A stretch of 49,201 nt of DNA from Girardia tigrina (Eukaryota): assembly GCA_001938485.1 (NCBI GenBank), contig MQRK01220026.1, positions 15,576 to 64,776 on the forward strand, read 5' to 3'. Of this stretch, positions 35,901-44,889 are shown one piece after another. The notes below the pieces were generated by a model that saw nothing but the letters and a program-made list of their open reading frames with translations, did not search any database and had not been told where the DNA came from. The position numbers and the translations under genes are program-made. How positions within the stretch are numbered: the first letter of the stretch is position 1; the number at the start of each line of letters is the position of its first letter.

Positions 35901-38900
35901 GTTTCAATTTTGATACCAATCTTTTAAAACGAATGTTCACATTACTATTAGTTTTTTTATAGGTTGGCTGTACGTATTTTACTGTTGTACAATATTCTTT
36001 CCAACGAAATTAAAAAAAGCTATTTTTCCCTTCATCTAGACCCTCAAGCAAACACAGTAATATTAAAAATAAATCACTTTCGTAAATCAGGCTACTAAGG
36101 GTTAACTTTATTTTCGGCTAGTTCTGAAAATTTTAAATAGTCTTTATCTGAGTAAATTTAGAACTCTTTCTTCTTTGGTAGAATTTCTCCAATGCTATAG
36201 GTTTATTATGAGTTTTCTATTCCTATGTAATATAATAATTTTAATTTAGAATTTTACTTTGTAGAAAACTAATGAATTTTTTAAATATTAGTTCTTTTCT
36301 TTTATATTTATTACAAGGAAAGATGCCTCTATCGAAATTCAATATACTCATACATTTGATTTATCTTAATCCTTTATCATTATTTTAATCTTCAGTCAAT
36401 TTTTTATTTGTTATTATATCAGAGTTACTTAATTAAGTATATAAATTTATTATTGCTTTTTAAATTTTATGAAAACTAGTACGAACAAATTAATATTGTT
36501 CTATGAATTTTTTTACTTCTTTGTGAAATAAATAAATTATTAATGTGAAAAATAATTGTTATTTCTAAAAAATTGAAATGTTTACTTAATATTTTTTAAA
36601 ACATAAAGTTTTTTTAAATGAACTGTTTGATAAACGTTTTTCAATTTTAAAATTTATTGTCAGTTTCTTTTTGTACACTCCCTGAGTTTTGTATTTAGCA
36701 AATCTCACCTTTAGTACAGATGCAATAATGATTTTGCGTCGAGTGATGAAAATTAACATGTCTAATTGAGTGATTCTATGAACTTGTTCATGCTTTGTGC
36801 TATTTGTTTTCATTTAGTGATATATAAACAGAGAAACTAATCAAGCCATCTCTCTTATTTTCCATTCTTTTTATTAGTTTGCTTTCAATATGTTTCAAAA
36901 CTGCTTGACCTTTATTTTTTAATACACCTGTTATTTTTTTCCAAGGGCAATCAACCATTCTAATAGGTCATTCTATATAAAAATGAATAAAATATAATAG
37001 GAAAATATAAACTAACCAATAAAAATCAATCATTTTTTCGATTTGATAAAACAAAACCATTTTAATAGGGCCTTAATATATGTGTCTCCCATCTCTTTCA
37101 AGAATGGTAAGGAGCCTATAGGCTCTTTAGATGGTCCACCCAAACCATATAAGTCTATAAGCTCCCCGATTGGCCTCCTACGAGACGTCAACCTTTCGCT
37201 TTCACGCGCGCTTTGACAATCCAGTCAGAAACGACCAGTCATGGATAGTAGTCCCTTGATTCTGCATCCTTTTGGTTGTGTACGTGGACTTGAATGTTCC
37301 TCTCACAATTAGATATGTAAGGTGGTAGTCTAGATGGGTTTCTAAAGGACTCGCTTCTGACTCTCCTATCGAAGCAGCATTCGGATCGACGATTGGTACT
37401 TGAGTTTGCGTTGTCTTCTGGTATCGCGTTCAGTGGTAGATTCTATTATTCTGATTGTCTGGACTAACTGGTTCTGTTCGGAAAATTTTGTACTAATTGT
37501 TCTTCTTCAATTTTGTGCGCTGTTTTGAGATGTCTGATGAGCCATCCTTTGGTCTTGTAGTTCTTTCGGCATAGATGGCAATTAAATCCCTCTGGCTCTT
37601 CTTCTTGAGGGACTCTTGGCCTATGATCTTGTTTCTCATGTCGATTTAATTCGGTCTACTCCGCGAATTACCTGAAACAAGATTTGTATGAACATTGAAA
37701 TAGTTTCATCCGCGCTCTGATAAGTTTTGGCATGTCTTCTGATCTCCACCAAATTATTCGTCTCTCGCATATTATTGAGTCGATCCTAACTTTCATCTTG
37801 AGTTTAGCGCTTTTCTGCTGAATTAATTTTAAAAAATCATCAAAGGAAGCGGTTTGATGTGATCAAACCAATTGTGATCGTGTCCATTCTGATCTTCTGA
37901 TCCTTCCTTATCCCCAACACTAGGCGAGTACCATGATTGTGTAGGCTCTGCAGTTTCTTTACCTGTGTGTCGGTAGTCCTCAAATTTTCACACCCATAGT
38001 ATACTACAGGTAGTATACAACTCTCAATCAATTTTCCCGGGCTTCGGATCATTAGATTTGGACACTTCAGGATAGGCATCAAAGTTGGTAGCTTGCCGTA
38101 CCTTTTCCTTATTCTCTCTCTGATATCCGCCTCACAAGTTCCGCAAGAAGATATTATTGAACCAAGGTAACTGAACTCGGTAACCCATTCTATTGCAGAC
38201 ATCATCTCACAACCTGCTGTTTTTTTATTTTCAAGTCACCATTTAGATTCATAATCTTCGTCTTTTTTTATGTTGATCTTTAGACCCAGTTGCTAGAACA
38301 CTCCGTTTAGAATACGTAGATATCTTGTCAACTCATTATAGTCTTTGTCAAGGAGACAAAAGTCATCTGTATACGCTAAATGATTGATCTTCAGTTCGGT
38401 TCCATCCTCATTTCGTAATTGTACCCCTCCTGTCATTCCATTTACTTCTGCTAGTTTGAGTGCTCTGTCAAACACAATATTAAACAATATCGGTCCCAGA
38501 ACACAACCATTTCTTACGCCTTTGAACATTGTGAACTCATGTCCACCAATTGAGCCCTTGAATCCATCGTAAAATTGAGTAATCATGCTGAGTGTTCTAC
38601 CATTTATCCTCAGTTTCTATAGGCATGTCCAAAGCACATTTCTTGGTACACTATCGAAAGCTTTCTCCAAGTCTATGAAAATTACATATACATCTTGGTT
38701 TCTGTACCTTGCTTCTTCTTAAATCTTCCGAATAATACATATTGCATGTTGAGTTCCCTTCCTCTCCGGAAACCAATTTGTCATTCATCAATTTCTCTTT
38801 CAACTATCGGGATAAATCTATTTACTATAACCCGTGCCATTATCTTTCCTCCAACTTCAAGCAAGAATATCTCTCGGTAATTGTTGAGGTCATTTCTTGA

Positions 38901-41900
38901 GCCCTTTCCTTTGTATATTATGACCACCTTCTCTTCTTTCAAAATTTCCGGGAAGTCTACTCTTCCCTCCCAAAAGTGTTCAAAGCATTCTGTTAGTTTA
39001 AAAACAAGATTATGGCCTCCTCATTTGAATAATGCAGGAATTATTCCATTCCTTCTGCAGTTGTTCCGTTCTTTAGCTGTGCAATTGCGCTTCCAATTTC
39101 CTCTACTTGCGGCACTGCTTCTAGGGAAGCATTCTGTTCTGATAGTCCGATAATGTTTTCGACATCCAAGAGATCCTTCGACTGAAAAATCCGATTAAAG
39201 TGTGAGGCGATTTCCTCGTTTGGAACTGATCTGTTTACTGTACACATGGTGTACTCCCGACTCTCAGTGTTGCTGAGCATTCTAAGCTCCATAAATAGAT
39301 CACGTGTATTACCCCCTACATGGTTCATGATCTCCTCTCTTGCGTTCCCAAGATTTCCGTCCTATTTCGTTTCCGTTCCCTCAACTTTCGCCGTATATGT
39401 TTTCTTGCTGTTTTCCATGTTTGGTAAGTTTCCTCGTAACGTCTTCTAATGAAATCTCTTCTGCTGAATCATTTTCTTTCAAGGAGCTGCTTCAATTCTT
39501 CAATATGCCCATGCAACCATCGCTAATTCATTAGGATGTGTTGCCTCACACTCTGGTATTTAAGTGCAGCTGAGATTATTCCTTTCTCTACGCTTTTCCA
39601 ACTGTTATCCATCTCAGTGCACTCTTTTGCCAGTTCAGCTGTAATTGATTCTTTCCTCTCCGTTTAAAGTAATTTATCCAGTTTTCTCTGCCTTTGACGC
39701 TTCCTTCTGCTAGATTTTTTCTTTTTCTGAGACAATTACTTTAACACTACCAAGTCATGGTCTGATCCGCAGTCAAGTCTTGGGTAGCTGTTGACATCGA
39801 TTATTCTACGGCAACTTTTCAGTCCGTGAGGAGGAAATCAAGTAGCTGTCTGCGCTTAGTTGCTGGATGTTCCCAGTTAGTTCTTTGAGACATTTTATGC
39901 TTGTAAAATGTGTTCTCAATCCGTAAACCTCTGGAGGCCGCAAGTTCCATTAGAAGCTCACCACTCCCTGAAGTGTGGTGAGCTGACCTCGTAAATTCAT
40001 AAAATATTTCTGCATTCATCATGTTTCCCAATTCTACAGTTGAAGTAACCTCCAAAAATGAATTGGTACTTTTTCGTTTCAGCGATCTTTTTCATCTTTA
40101 TCGTTTACTCGTTGAGTTTCTCATAGAAGTGTCGTCTCTCTTCTATGGTGTATCCAGACTCTGTTGGAACGTAAACTCCAATCAGTATTAGTTCCCTGAT
40201 CGGTATAATACAGGTAAAAATTATTTCATCAGCGCATTCAAATTCAATATCATCACAATCAATTTTCTTTATCATCATAGACATACCACATTCTCTTCTC
40301 TCACACACATTTCTGCCAGTGTGTAGTAATTTCCATGAACCAAGTTCGTGTGTTTCTTGGTTCCAGCAATCTGTCTCAGTGAGGATATACATGTCTATGT
40401 GAATCATTTCTGATATTTCAACAAGATTCAATAGTTTCTCATCGTTCAACCCTCGAAAGTTCCAGTTACCAACTCTCAATCTGATGGCTCAGTCTTTCTC
40501 GAGTGACTCACATTTCGGAAGCTTAATGACTTCGGGTCCTTCCAGACCCCTGATTTGCGTTTTTGTAGCGAGCGGGTTAAGAATTAGGTTGGGTTGCTGG
40601 ACCAACCGTCCTTATCTCTTAGTTTAGCCTTAATACATAGAAAAATTAAACATACCTACAAATACAAGCATACACACATTAAACACACAAAAATAATATG
40701 ACATACACGAAATACAAACATGATTTATTTACATTATGAAAGGGCCTTTAACATTTTAAAAGGGCATATTCAAATTATAAATAATAATTTTTTTTAAAAA
40801 TAATTTCCAAATTTAAAAAGAAAAATGGAATTTCATTTTTCGGACATAAGCAGTCCACCTCAAGAGAACCAAAATATAGATGACACAGTAAATATTTATT
40901 TTTTATTAAATTTCATAAACCTGTTTAGTAGTGTCCCGAACGATTCAGAGAAAAGGGAACCGTGCCGAGAGAGAAATCGAAAAATGTAAATAAAAAACAA
41001 AATAAAATTTTTATTTTCAAAAAACAGGTTTTCCAAAGTTGATAAAATCCGTTTAGTGGCAGCATACAATAATCAAGAAGATTATTACATTCTGGGGAGC
41101 CAGTTGGGAATCAAACACAAAACGGTGAGGAATTTTATCTACCATTACAGACGAACAGGTGAAATTTGCTCTGGATCCATCGGAGGTCATAAGAAACCGT
41201 CATAACTGATCATCATGGAGACGCCTTGTTAAACTTAGTGGAGTACTTTCCAGAGGCAACCTTAAAAGAAATTCAAAAATTTCTTAAAGACAATATGGAT
41301 TTTGATTGTTCTTTAACAACAATCAATAGATTCAGGTTCTTATAGGAACAGAAATAGTCACATCAGAAAACAATGCTACATGAACAAGGAGAGATTTAAA
41401 GAAAGAGACAAAGATATAGAAAAAATCAATGGAATAGGACGAACAACACAAGAAATCAACATTGACCTCATAATCAAAGATGTCATATTGCAGGTAACAA
41501 CGATTATGAAGAAACGCGACCAAATGAAGGAAACTCGAGGCAAGGAATGTTTACAGATAATAGACGGGCATATGACAAAGACCAGGGAAACGAGGATGCA
41601 TGATCACAAGGAGAGGTGATCAGTGTGCTTCATTAGAAAGTAAAAATGTTGGTGCATGTGATTGTGTGTGTAATGATTGAGTGTTGGAAGATACCCCTAT
41701 CGCAGTTTGAGAATTAGATTGTTGGAAAGAAGAACAATTACAAAAATGATTTAATGTCTAAACTGATAAATACATTCAGAATCTCAAGGAGGTATCTGGC
41801 ACGCACATTGCAAGATTACAAAGGTTCTTGATTTATTATTAAGTCCCTAAATTTCTAATAAATCTGAGATCAGGGTTATCTTTGAAATCAAAGATTTCAT

Positions 41901-42968
41901 TTTGGATCAGATACCAAAAGCAATAATAAATTTATAATCCATGGAATTATAGAAATGAATGGACAGCAGAAAATATAGCTTACTCACGATGTTTCTCCAT
42001 GAAGTTAGTGATCGTTTAAACGTTTTTAAAACGTTTATTACGCTAAACGAAGACCGTTTAAACGTTTAGAAAATTTTAAAACGTGTCCACGTCTAGTGTG
42101 GTGACACCGTCAAAAAACAATCATAAAAAGTAATTGAAAAACGAATTAAAAAAACAGAAATTAATCCTTGTTTTAATAATTAATTTATGTAAAAAATTCG
42201 AATTGAAAAAATAAAGATTCATTGAATTATTTTCCTTTTTGATGCAATAACTATTCAATTGATCGCTTACTATTTTAATATTGTCAGTAAAAAGATCCAC
42301 GCGATCCTAACGGCCGTACATTTGGATCACCGATCGACGAGCTGGTCACATTTAAAAAAAGTGATTTAAAAAATATTTTTTTAATAATACCGTTAGAAAT
42401 AATTCATTAGGTTCCCCGCCAACAGTATAACCAGCATGTGTAGCCAGTATCACCCTAAAGCCGCCCCAGTATCTTAGTTCGCCTATTTATATGACATGCT
42501 ACATATATGTGATATTTCGGTAGGTCACAATCACATATGACATTTTCCCATTAAATCTTCAATAACTGAAAATTCAACAAAACGAAGTTTTAAAAAATGA
42601 TAAACTAATTATTAATTTTCTATTACTGGAATAAACTGATCCATTTGAAAATTATTTTTTTTCAAAAATTTAAAAGTATATATCTTTGTTTCCAAATTTT
42701 ATTTATTTTATTTATTTCAACCTTTTGCATGGTTCATTGAATATTATAAATTCAGAGTTTGTGGATGGGACTGCTCACTGCTAGCGGAAGTTCAGCTCGA
42801 GTAATTGGGCCTATTTTCATTACAAAATTATATGAGAATTTTGGAACTCAAATCGCTTTTGGGTCTTGGAGTTCTATTATCTTTTTATTTTTACTTTTTC
42901 AACCGCTATTTATTTGGAAGATATCAAAGACAGAAAATCTAAGGGAATTTTTGAAACGGATTAATTGA
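10328..42968 (+). CDS. MFSD8: MFSD8/CLN7-like lysosomal major facilitator superfamily transporter, 11 exons traced, start codon unresolved
   Basis: Exons 10328-10368, 10419-10563, 10610-10807, 16116-16281, 16323-16427, 16752-16826, 21366-21507, 23632-23766, 23816-23919, 34730-34899, 42756-42968. All introns are GT-AG, phases chain without stops, and the total is 1494 nt. The product carries MFSD8-type motifs: SIWPY, FLGWVVAAYSIGQ, CQGLGFIIGP, INMYT, LETSSTP, GC..QPWC, LGYP.ANLLSY, MGLLTASGSSARVIGP. Confidence 0.93.
10419..10563 (+). CDS. MFSD8: MFSD8 exon (...KKRSIKITYIVMFFTSVSYSIQMPSIWPYMNI)
   Basis: TM1 region with the SIWPY motif; donor gtatca at 10564. Confidence 0.85.
10610..10807 (+). 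CDS. MFSD8: MFSD8 exon (INPSYSKEFLGWVVAAYSIGQLVACP...NYLYA)
   Basis: Acceptor ttag, donor gtaaga; TM2-3 motifs. Confidence 0.92.
11040..11624 (-). mobile_element. Internally deleted mariner transposase remnant
   Basis: MKLNKEHFRAYAFIE (HTH), GRPSTS, fused to QHDNA, QSPYSP.LSQCD.LFKHLK, CKDVIRANG. Confidence 0.8.
12050..12600 (+). mobile_element. Highly degenerate mariner remnant
   Basis: KWFFAFKKGNINFQNAE and LDDDKWALY resemble the mariner WF..F..G and TGDEKW motifs. Confidence 0.5.
12730..12960 (-). mobile_element. Tc1 transposase remnant
   Basis: FCCKYRHWTPE...VLFYDESLF matches the Tc1 WT...V.FSDES motif. Confidence 0.55.
13571..15459 (+). mobile_element. Near-complete Minos-like Tc1 element with IR/DR termini
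   Basis: TIRs of about 200 bp, each with two CGTRCAAATTASTTGGGACA-type direct repeats; TA on both sides. Confidence 0.92.
14059..15177 (+). pseudogene. Tc1 (DD34E-type) transposase with an 80-nt intron (14499-14578) and one frameshift near 14430
   Basis: HTH and GRP, HWTAENWRK|VYFSDET, FWGCFS, FQQDNAPCH, WPPYSPDLNPIENLW, GGHTHY*. Confidence 0.88.
16116..16281 (+). CDS. MFSD8: MFSD8 exon (...LLVSRAVIGISGANIASIR...CQGLGFIIGP)
   Basis: TM4-5 motifs; phase-1 donor at 16282. Confidence 0.92.
16323..16427 (+). CDS. MFSD8: MFSD8 exon (LQAAFVPIG...INMYTASGFFGVIS)
   Basis: Follows a 41-nt intron; INMYT motif. Confidence 0.9.
16752..16826 (+). CDS. MFSD8: MFSD8 exon (FIILLVLAIWFSDKFLRKSTIETK)
   Basis: Acceptor ccag, donor gtaaga, phase 1-1; completes TM6. 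Too short for the ORF track. Confidence 0.85.
16921..17521 (+). repeat. AT-rich dispersed repeat, LTR-like; inverted second copy near 26495-27057
   Basis: Both copies start TGTGAGGATTT and share AATTATAAAAGTAAAAAATAGAAATTTATTGT through TTGTGCAAGA; no TSD found. Confidence 0.6.
17931..19200 (+). mobile_element. Cecropia-subfamily (Hsmar1-like) mariner; left TIR present, right TIR lost
   Basis: TA-TTAGGTTGGTCGAAAAATAATGGCGGTTTT TIR followed by the transposase ORF. Confidence 0.9.
18119..19151 (+). CDS. Mariner DD34D transposase, open on both sides of a 334-N gap
   Basis: IRAIFLYEFKLGRKAAETARNIN...LDRIVTCDEKWILYDN...LLHDNARPH...HPPYSPDLSPADFYFF...RWQKCIDANGSYFD*. Confidence 0.85.
19370..20580 (+). 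mobile_element. Gypsy 5' fragment: LTR end, PBS, frameshifted gag with three CCHC knuckles, -1 PRF site
   Basis: AATAAA...CTAACA|TGGCGACC; knuckles C..EHISRNC, CHTCGTQGHIRKNC, CNRCAANGHRSEEC; C CCA AAC plus hairpin at the gag end. Confidence 0.85.
20922..20952. repeat. (AT)n microsatellite
   Basis: About 15 AT units. Confidence 0.9.
21366..21507 (+). CDS. MFSD8: MFSD8 exon (VDETLESAY...FFFCMMSLAILET)
   Basis: Acceptor ttcag, donor gtaaat, phase 1-2; TM7. Confidence 0.87.
21586..22470 (-). mobile_element. pogo/Tigger-type element end with eroded transposase C-terminus; TIR split by a MITE
   Basis: Removing the MITE restores TA-CAGTTTACTCTCGTTATAACG, a pogo-type TIR. Confidence 0.55.
21594..21827. 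mobile_element. piggyBac-like MITE with TTAC target duplication
   Basis: TIRs CCCTTTCGCAGC and GCTGCGAAAGTG, TTAC on both sides, three subterminal TGGGACAnATnTGTCCCA-type palindromes. Confidence 0.75.
22830..23360 (+). mobile_element. Gypsy remnant (pre-integrase zinc-binding region)
   Basis: KELIQNQKLDPTI...KDGL.IDITTKIPRIFFP..HR..EIERLH resembles the ORF at 28105-28737. Confidence 0.5.
23632..23766 (+). CDS. MFSD8: MFSD8 exon (SSTPMSMDNFGWSKSYATLINSIVLA...RFITK)
   Basis: Matches the TP..MD..W motif; phase 2-2. Confidence 0.9.
23816..23919 (+). CDS. MFSD8: MFSD8 exon (IKEKIVLLIG...LIPFGNKPIPIHNT)
   Basis: Follows a 49-nt intron; TM9 and the P(W/F)GN motif. Confidence 0.88.
24163..25790 (-). 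mobile_element. Gypsy fragment: LTR end, PBS, gag (2 CCHC), -1 PRF and aspartic protease
   Basis: AATAAA...TTAATA|TGGCGACAC; CRACHEEGYVRQEC, CNRCNKKGHVRTQC; G GGA AAC; CLLNTGARVNLI (DTG mutated). Confidence 0.85.
26118..27305 (-). CDS. Candidate nested antisense gene fragment; exons 27305-27160, 26270-26228, 26148-26118
   Basis: Three ATTTAG acceptors and GTAT donors, phases chain (1 then 2), giving EMENYDSLVENCPKDNSNC...RPTSPIIFPGTNITELNEKKMVILPPRWKL. No family recognised. Confidence 0.35.
26495..27057 (-). repeat. Second copy of the AT-rich repeat at 16921-17521
   Basis: Its reverse complement aligns by eye with the 16921 copy. Confidence 0.6.
27435..28778 (-). mobile_element. Gypsy (CsRn1-like) 3' fragment: integrase, PPT and 141-bp 3' LTR
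   Basis: HNITHPG...CHECQ, VHIDIVGPLP, ISDQGTQF, HPQCNGKVERFHR, PYEGPF; one in-frame stop at 28105-28107; PPT GAGGGGGAG; LTR TGTAGAAAC...GTCTTCA (27575-27435). Confidence 0.9.
28779..30805 (+). mobile_element. Mutator-like element (MULE) with TIRs built of 17-bp tandem repeats
   Basis: Termini GGGGTGCTGAAC and GTTCCGTAACCC with GAACTAATTTCGCTAAA repeats in inverted orientation; no matching TSD. Confidence 0.88.
28898..30281 (+). pseudogene. FLYWCH-MULE transposase, frameshifted
   Basis: FLYYKNK..LRC...C.G...HNH (FLYWCH), YDGTFFIVP..FSQLF, out-of-frame GDFEKA and CYFHFKQ, TNNFSETFN. Confidence 0.85.
30830..34686 (+). mobile_element. Gypsy element lacking gag: protease, -1 PRF, RT (YxDD deleted), RNase H, integrase, PPT, 109-bp 3' LTR
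   Basis: NTGTDLNVIS; SPWNFPIVVVQKKDGGIRLCVDY, LDLSSGYHQ, MPFGL; LDTDASQ, RTDHQAL, NADAVSR; HKLLGH..CNIC, HSDCG, PQGDGLIER; AAGGAGGGA|TGTGAG...ATAACA (34578-34686). Confidence 0.92.
31299..31359 (+). promoter_or_regulatory. -1 ribosomal frameshift signal (U UUA AAC plus H-type pseudoknot)
   Basis: In-frame slippery heptamer before TAA, 7-nt spacer, stem 1 ATCCGCGTTA/TAATGTGGAT, stem 2 GAGCC/GGCTC. Confidence 0.75.
34730..34899 (+). CDS. MFSD8: MFSD8 exon (YNTTGCDIAVQPWC...LGYPTANLLSYVIFSRLIDPSSQ)
   Basis: Conserved GC..Q.WC and LGYP motifs; donor CAG|gtataa. Confidence 0.93.
35885..36101. mobile_element. piggyBac-like MITE
   Basis: TTAA-CCCTTAATAACCT...AGGCTACTAAGGG-TTAA. Confidence 0.75.
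37082..40626 (-). mobile_element. Full-length degenerate RTE-like LINE (APE + RT + C2H2 finger)
   Basis: RVGNWNFRGL, GVYVPT, ENTFYKHK, LLDFLL, GSDHDLV (APE); GFRRG, FIDLEKAFDSVPR, GVRNGCVLGPILFN, LAYTDD, FSYLGS (RT); 12-bp TSD GCCTTAATAYAT. Confidence 0.88.
40962..41335 (+). mobile_element. Tc1/IS630 (DD37E-like) transposase N-terminal remnant with a 42-nt intron (40986-41027)
   Basis: PRERNRK|.FSKVDKIRLVAAY...LGIKHKTVRNFI...GGHK...VEYFPEATLKEIQ...SLTTINR. Confidence 0.6.
41336..41990 (+). mobile_element. Gypsy remnant spanning the gag end, -1 PRF site and eroded pol
   Basis: GGGAAAC GAG...GATCAC/GTGATC hairpin; the gag end GNEDA.SQGEVISVLH* matches the 24.7-kb element. Confidence 0.65.
42756..42968 (+). 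CDS. MFSD8: MFSD8 terminal exon (SLWMGLLTASGSSARVIGPIFI...KRIN*)
   Basis: Acceptor ttcag, TASGS.AR..GP motif, TGA stop. Confidence 0.93.
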   Translation, partial: SLWMGLLTASGSSARVIGPIFITKLYENFGTQIAFGSWSSIIFLFLLFQPLFIWKISKTENLREFLKRIN

Positions 42969-44811
42969 ATCTTTTTTCAATGGTTATGTATTAATATTAT
43001 ATTTTTGAGGGTTACTAAGTAATTTTGTGTCTGAATAATTTACACTGTGAGGAAATAAAATGAACTTTTCACTAACAGAGTTTATATTTTTTAATAGTTT
43101 TGGGTGATATATTTTATTCCTTTTCCTAGGAAGACATGCTCGGTGAATAAACATTACCATGTTAATAAACGGTTGAACCTATCCTCATTTTTTATCCTAT
43201 TGTTGTTTTATTGTATGTACATTTTCCAACGCAAATGAAGAAAATGTGTTCGTTGAAGAAAGTATGTTGCTTGATTGGACTCTGAAATTTACTTCAAGAT
43301 AATTGTTCTGAATTGAAAATGTTACTTAAAAACAAATAAAGAAGTTCTTTTTTTATAAAATTAGAATTAAATTGAAAAAAATTCTTTATTATTTTTTTAT
43401 AAAAGATTGTTTTGTTTGAGAGAATTATTTTTGGGAGTTTCTCGAAAAATCCAAAAAGTTTTTTGTTTTTTGTTGTTGGTTGTGGGACAACTTTGAAAAA
43501 TTTGTGAGTTAAAAATTTTTGAAATGGTGTTTGAGAGGAAATAAAAGAATTTCTTCTTCATTGAGCAATTTTGAATATTTAATAGAGTAATGATCCAAAC
43601 AAAATTAGTTAAAGATTGATTCTTGACAAAGATACTCAGACAATCGTCGTTCTTGATTAGTGACGGTGTTCTAAATGTTTCTGGAGAATGTGAATTTGTT
43701 GAGTGTCTCATTTGCTTTCTTTGGTTGAAAATTCCATCAGCTTTATTAGTAAAGGTTTTGCAGTTGCTTTTTCCAATTGGCAAAGAATCTTTTTCAGTAT
43801 ATTAAAGTAGCCTCTTGAATTGAGAAACTTTTTTATGAGAAGATTTCATTATTTCATTCAATAAAAAGTAAAAACTTTTAATAAAATTTAAATTGTGACA
43901 ATTTTTGTGTTCAATTTTTATCAACAAAACTAAAACATCACATTCCCAAACAAGCCACGCTCAACCAATTACAACCGCACATACGACATTCATAATTTAC
44001 ACACAAATTTTCAAACTGATTCCTAGTTACAAAGAAATCACGTGATTATAATAACGTTTGAAAATGGTTCAAACAAGACACATTGGTACAAACATTGATT
44101 AAATTTACTTTTCATTTAAAGAATGAAAGAAACAAAGTTTGAACTCGAGATCGACACGAATAGAATACCACGAAGAAAATTATTCAAATTTCGAAATAAT
44201 ATCTCTTATAGTATATATAAAAAGATTGGAAGAAATTCTGTCTTCTTTAGATGTAACCAAAAAACTAAATTTTTTATTTACTTATTTATTTAGTTATTAA
44301 TTTTTAAATAATTATATTAATAATTATAATAATTTTTTATTTTTTTACTTTATTTAAATTTAATTAAACTTGTTTAATTATTTATTTAATTTGCTTATTT
44401 ATTTAATGGTCAAATCAAACCTATTTCCGCTCCAATAATAGAAAAACAGTAACGACAATAAAATTTTTTATTTAATTATATATATATATATATATTAATA
44501 TTTGATTTATTGCATCCATATTTGCAACCCCGCGTCTCTCAGTACCTTGATCAAACAAAGTGAAGTTAAAAGTGGATTACATCTCATTTGTTTTATATTT
44601 ATTATTTACTTTTACTATTACTTTTTCTATTTACGGGGTTTACAGAGTAAGATGATTTATTATTTAAGATATGTTATACATTTATTTCGGGACCCCAACA
44701 ACATAAACTTCTTTCAAATCATATGTAACCCAAATACCCAACTTCTTAACGAGACCGACACGTTTTATATACTTCTCAATGGCTGTATATGAAACATTTA
44801 ACTTATAAAAC

Positions 44812-44889
44812 ATCCGGTAGTACCGGCATTGAAATTTTTCAGTACCGAAATACCGGTATTGAAAAATGGTACCGGTATTGGATGCCCTA
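44812..44889. mobile_element. hAT-type MITE end fragment
   Basis: Repeated TACCGGTA(TTG) motifs ending GGATGCCCTA; partner end not found. Confidence 0.45.

Larger units (their letters stand above)
35560..42095. mobile_element. hAT-type element expanded to 6.5 kb by nested insertions
   Basis: Imperfect TIRs CAGAGGTGCTCATGTTT and AAACGTGTCCACGTCTA; AAACGTTT subterminal repeats at both ends; 8-bp TSD GTGTAGTG/GTGTGGTG. Confidence 0.7.

Noticed and set aside
37530-37590. CTGATGAG as a hammerhead core
   Set aside because: No stem II-GAAA follows; it is the antisense of the LINE zinc-finger codons.
5820-43805. TAA read as a sense codon (in-frame TAAs near 5820 and 43802)
   Set aside because: The 1.5-kb MFSD8 model has no in-frame TAA/TAG and intact TE ORFs end in TAA; simple decay explains them.
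44036-44047. AATCACGTGATT palindrome as a CLEAR/E-box for lysosomal MFSD8
   Set aside because: A single short motif downstream of the gene; may be chance or belong to another promoter.
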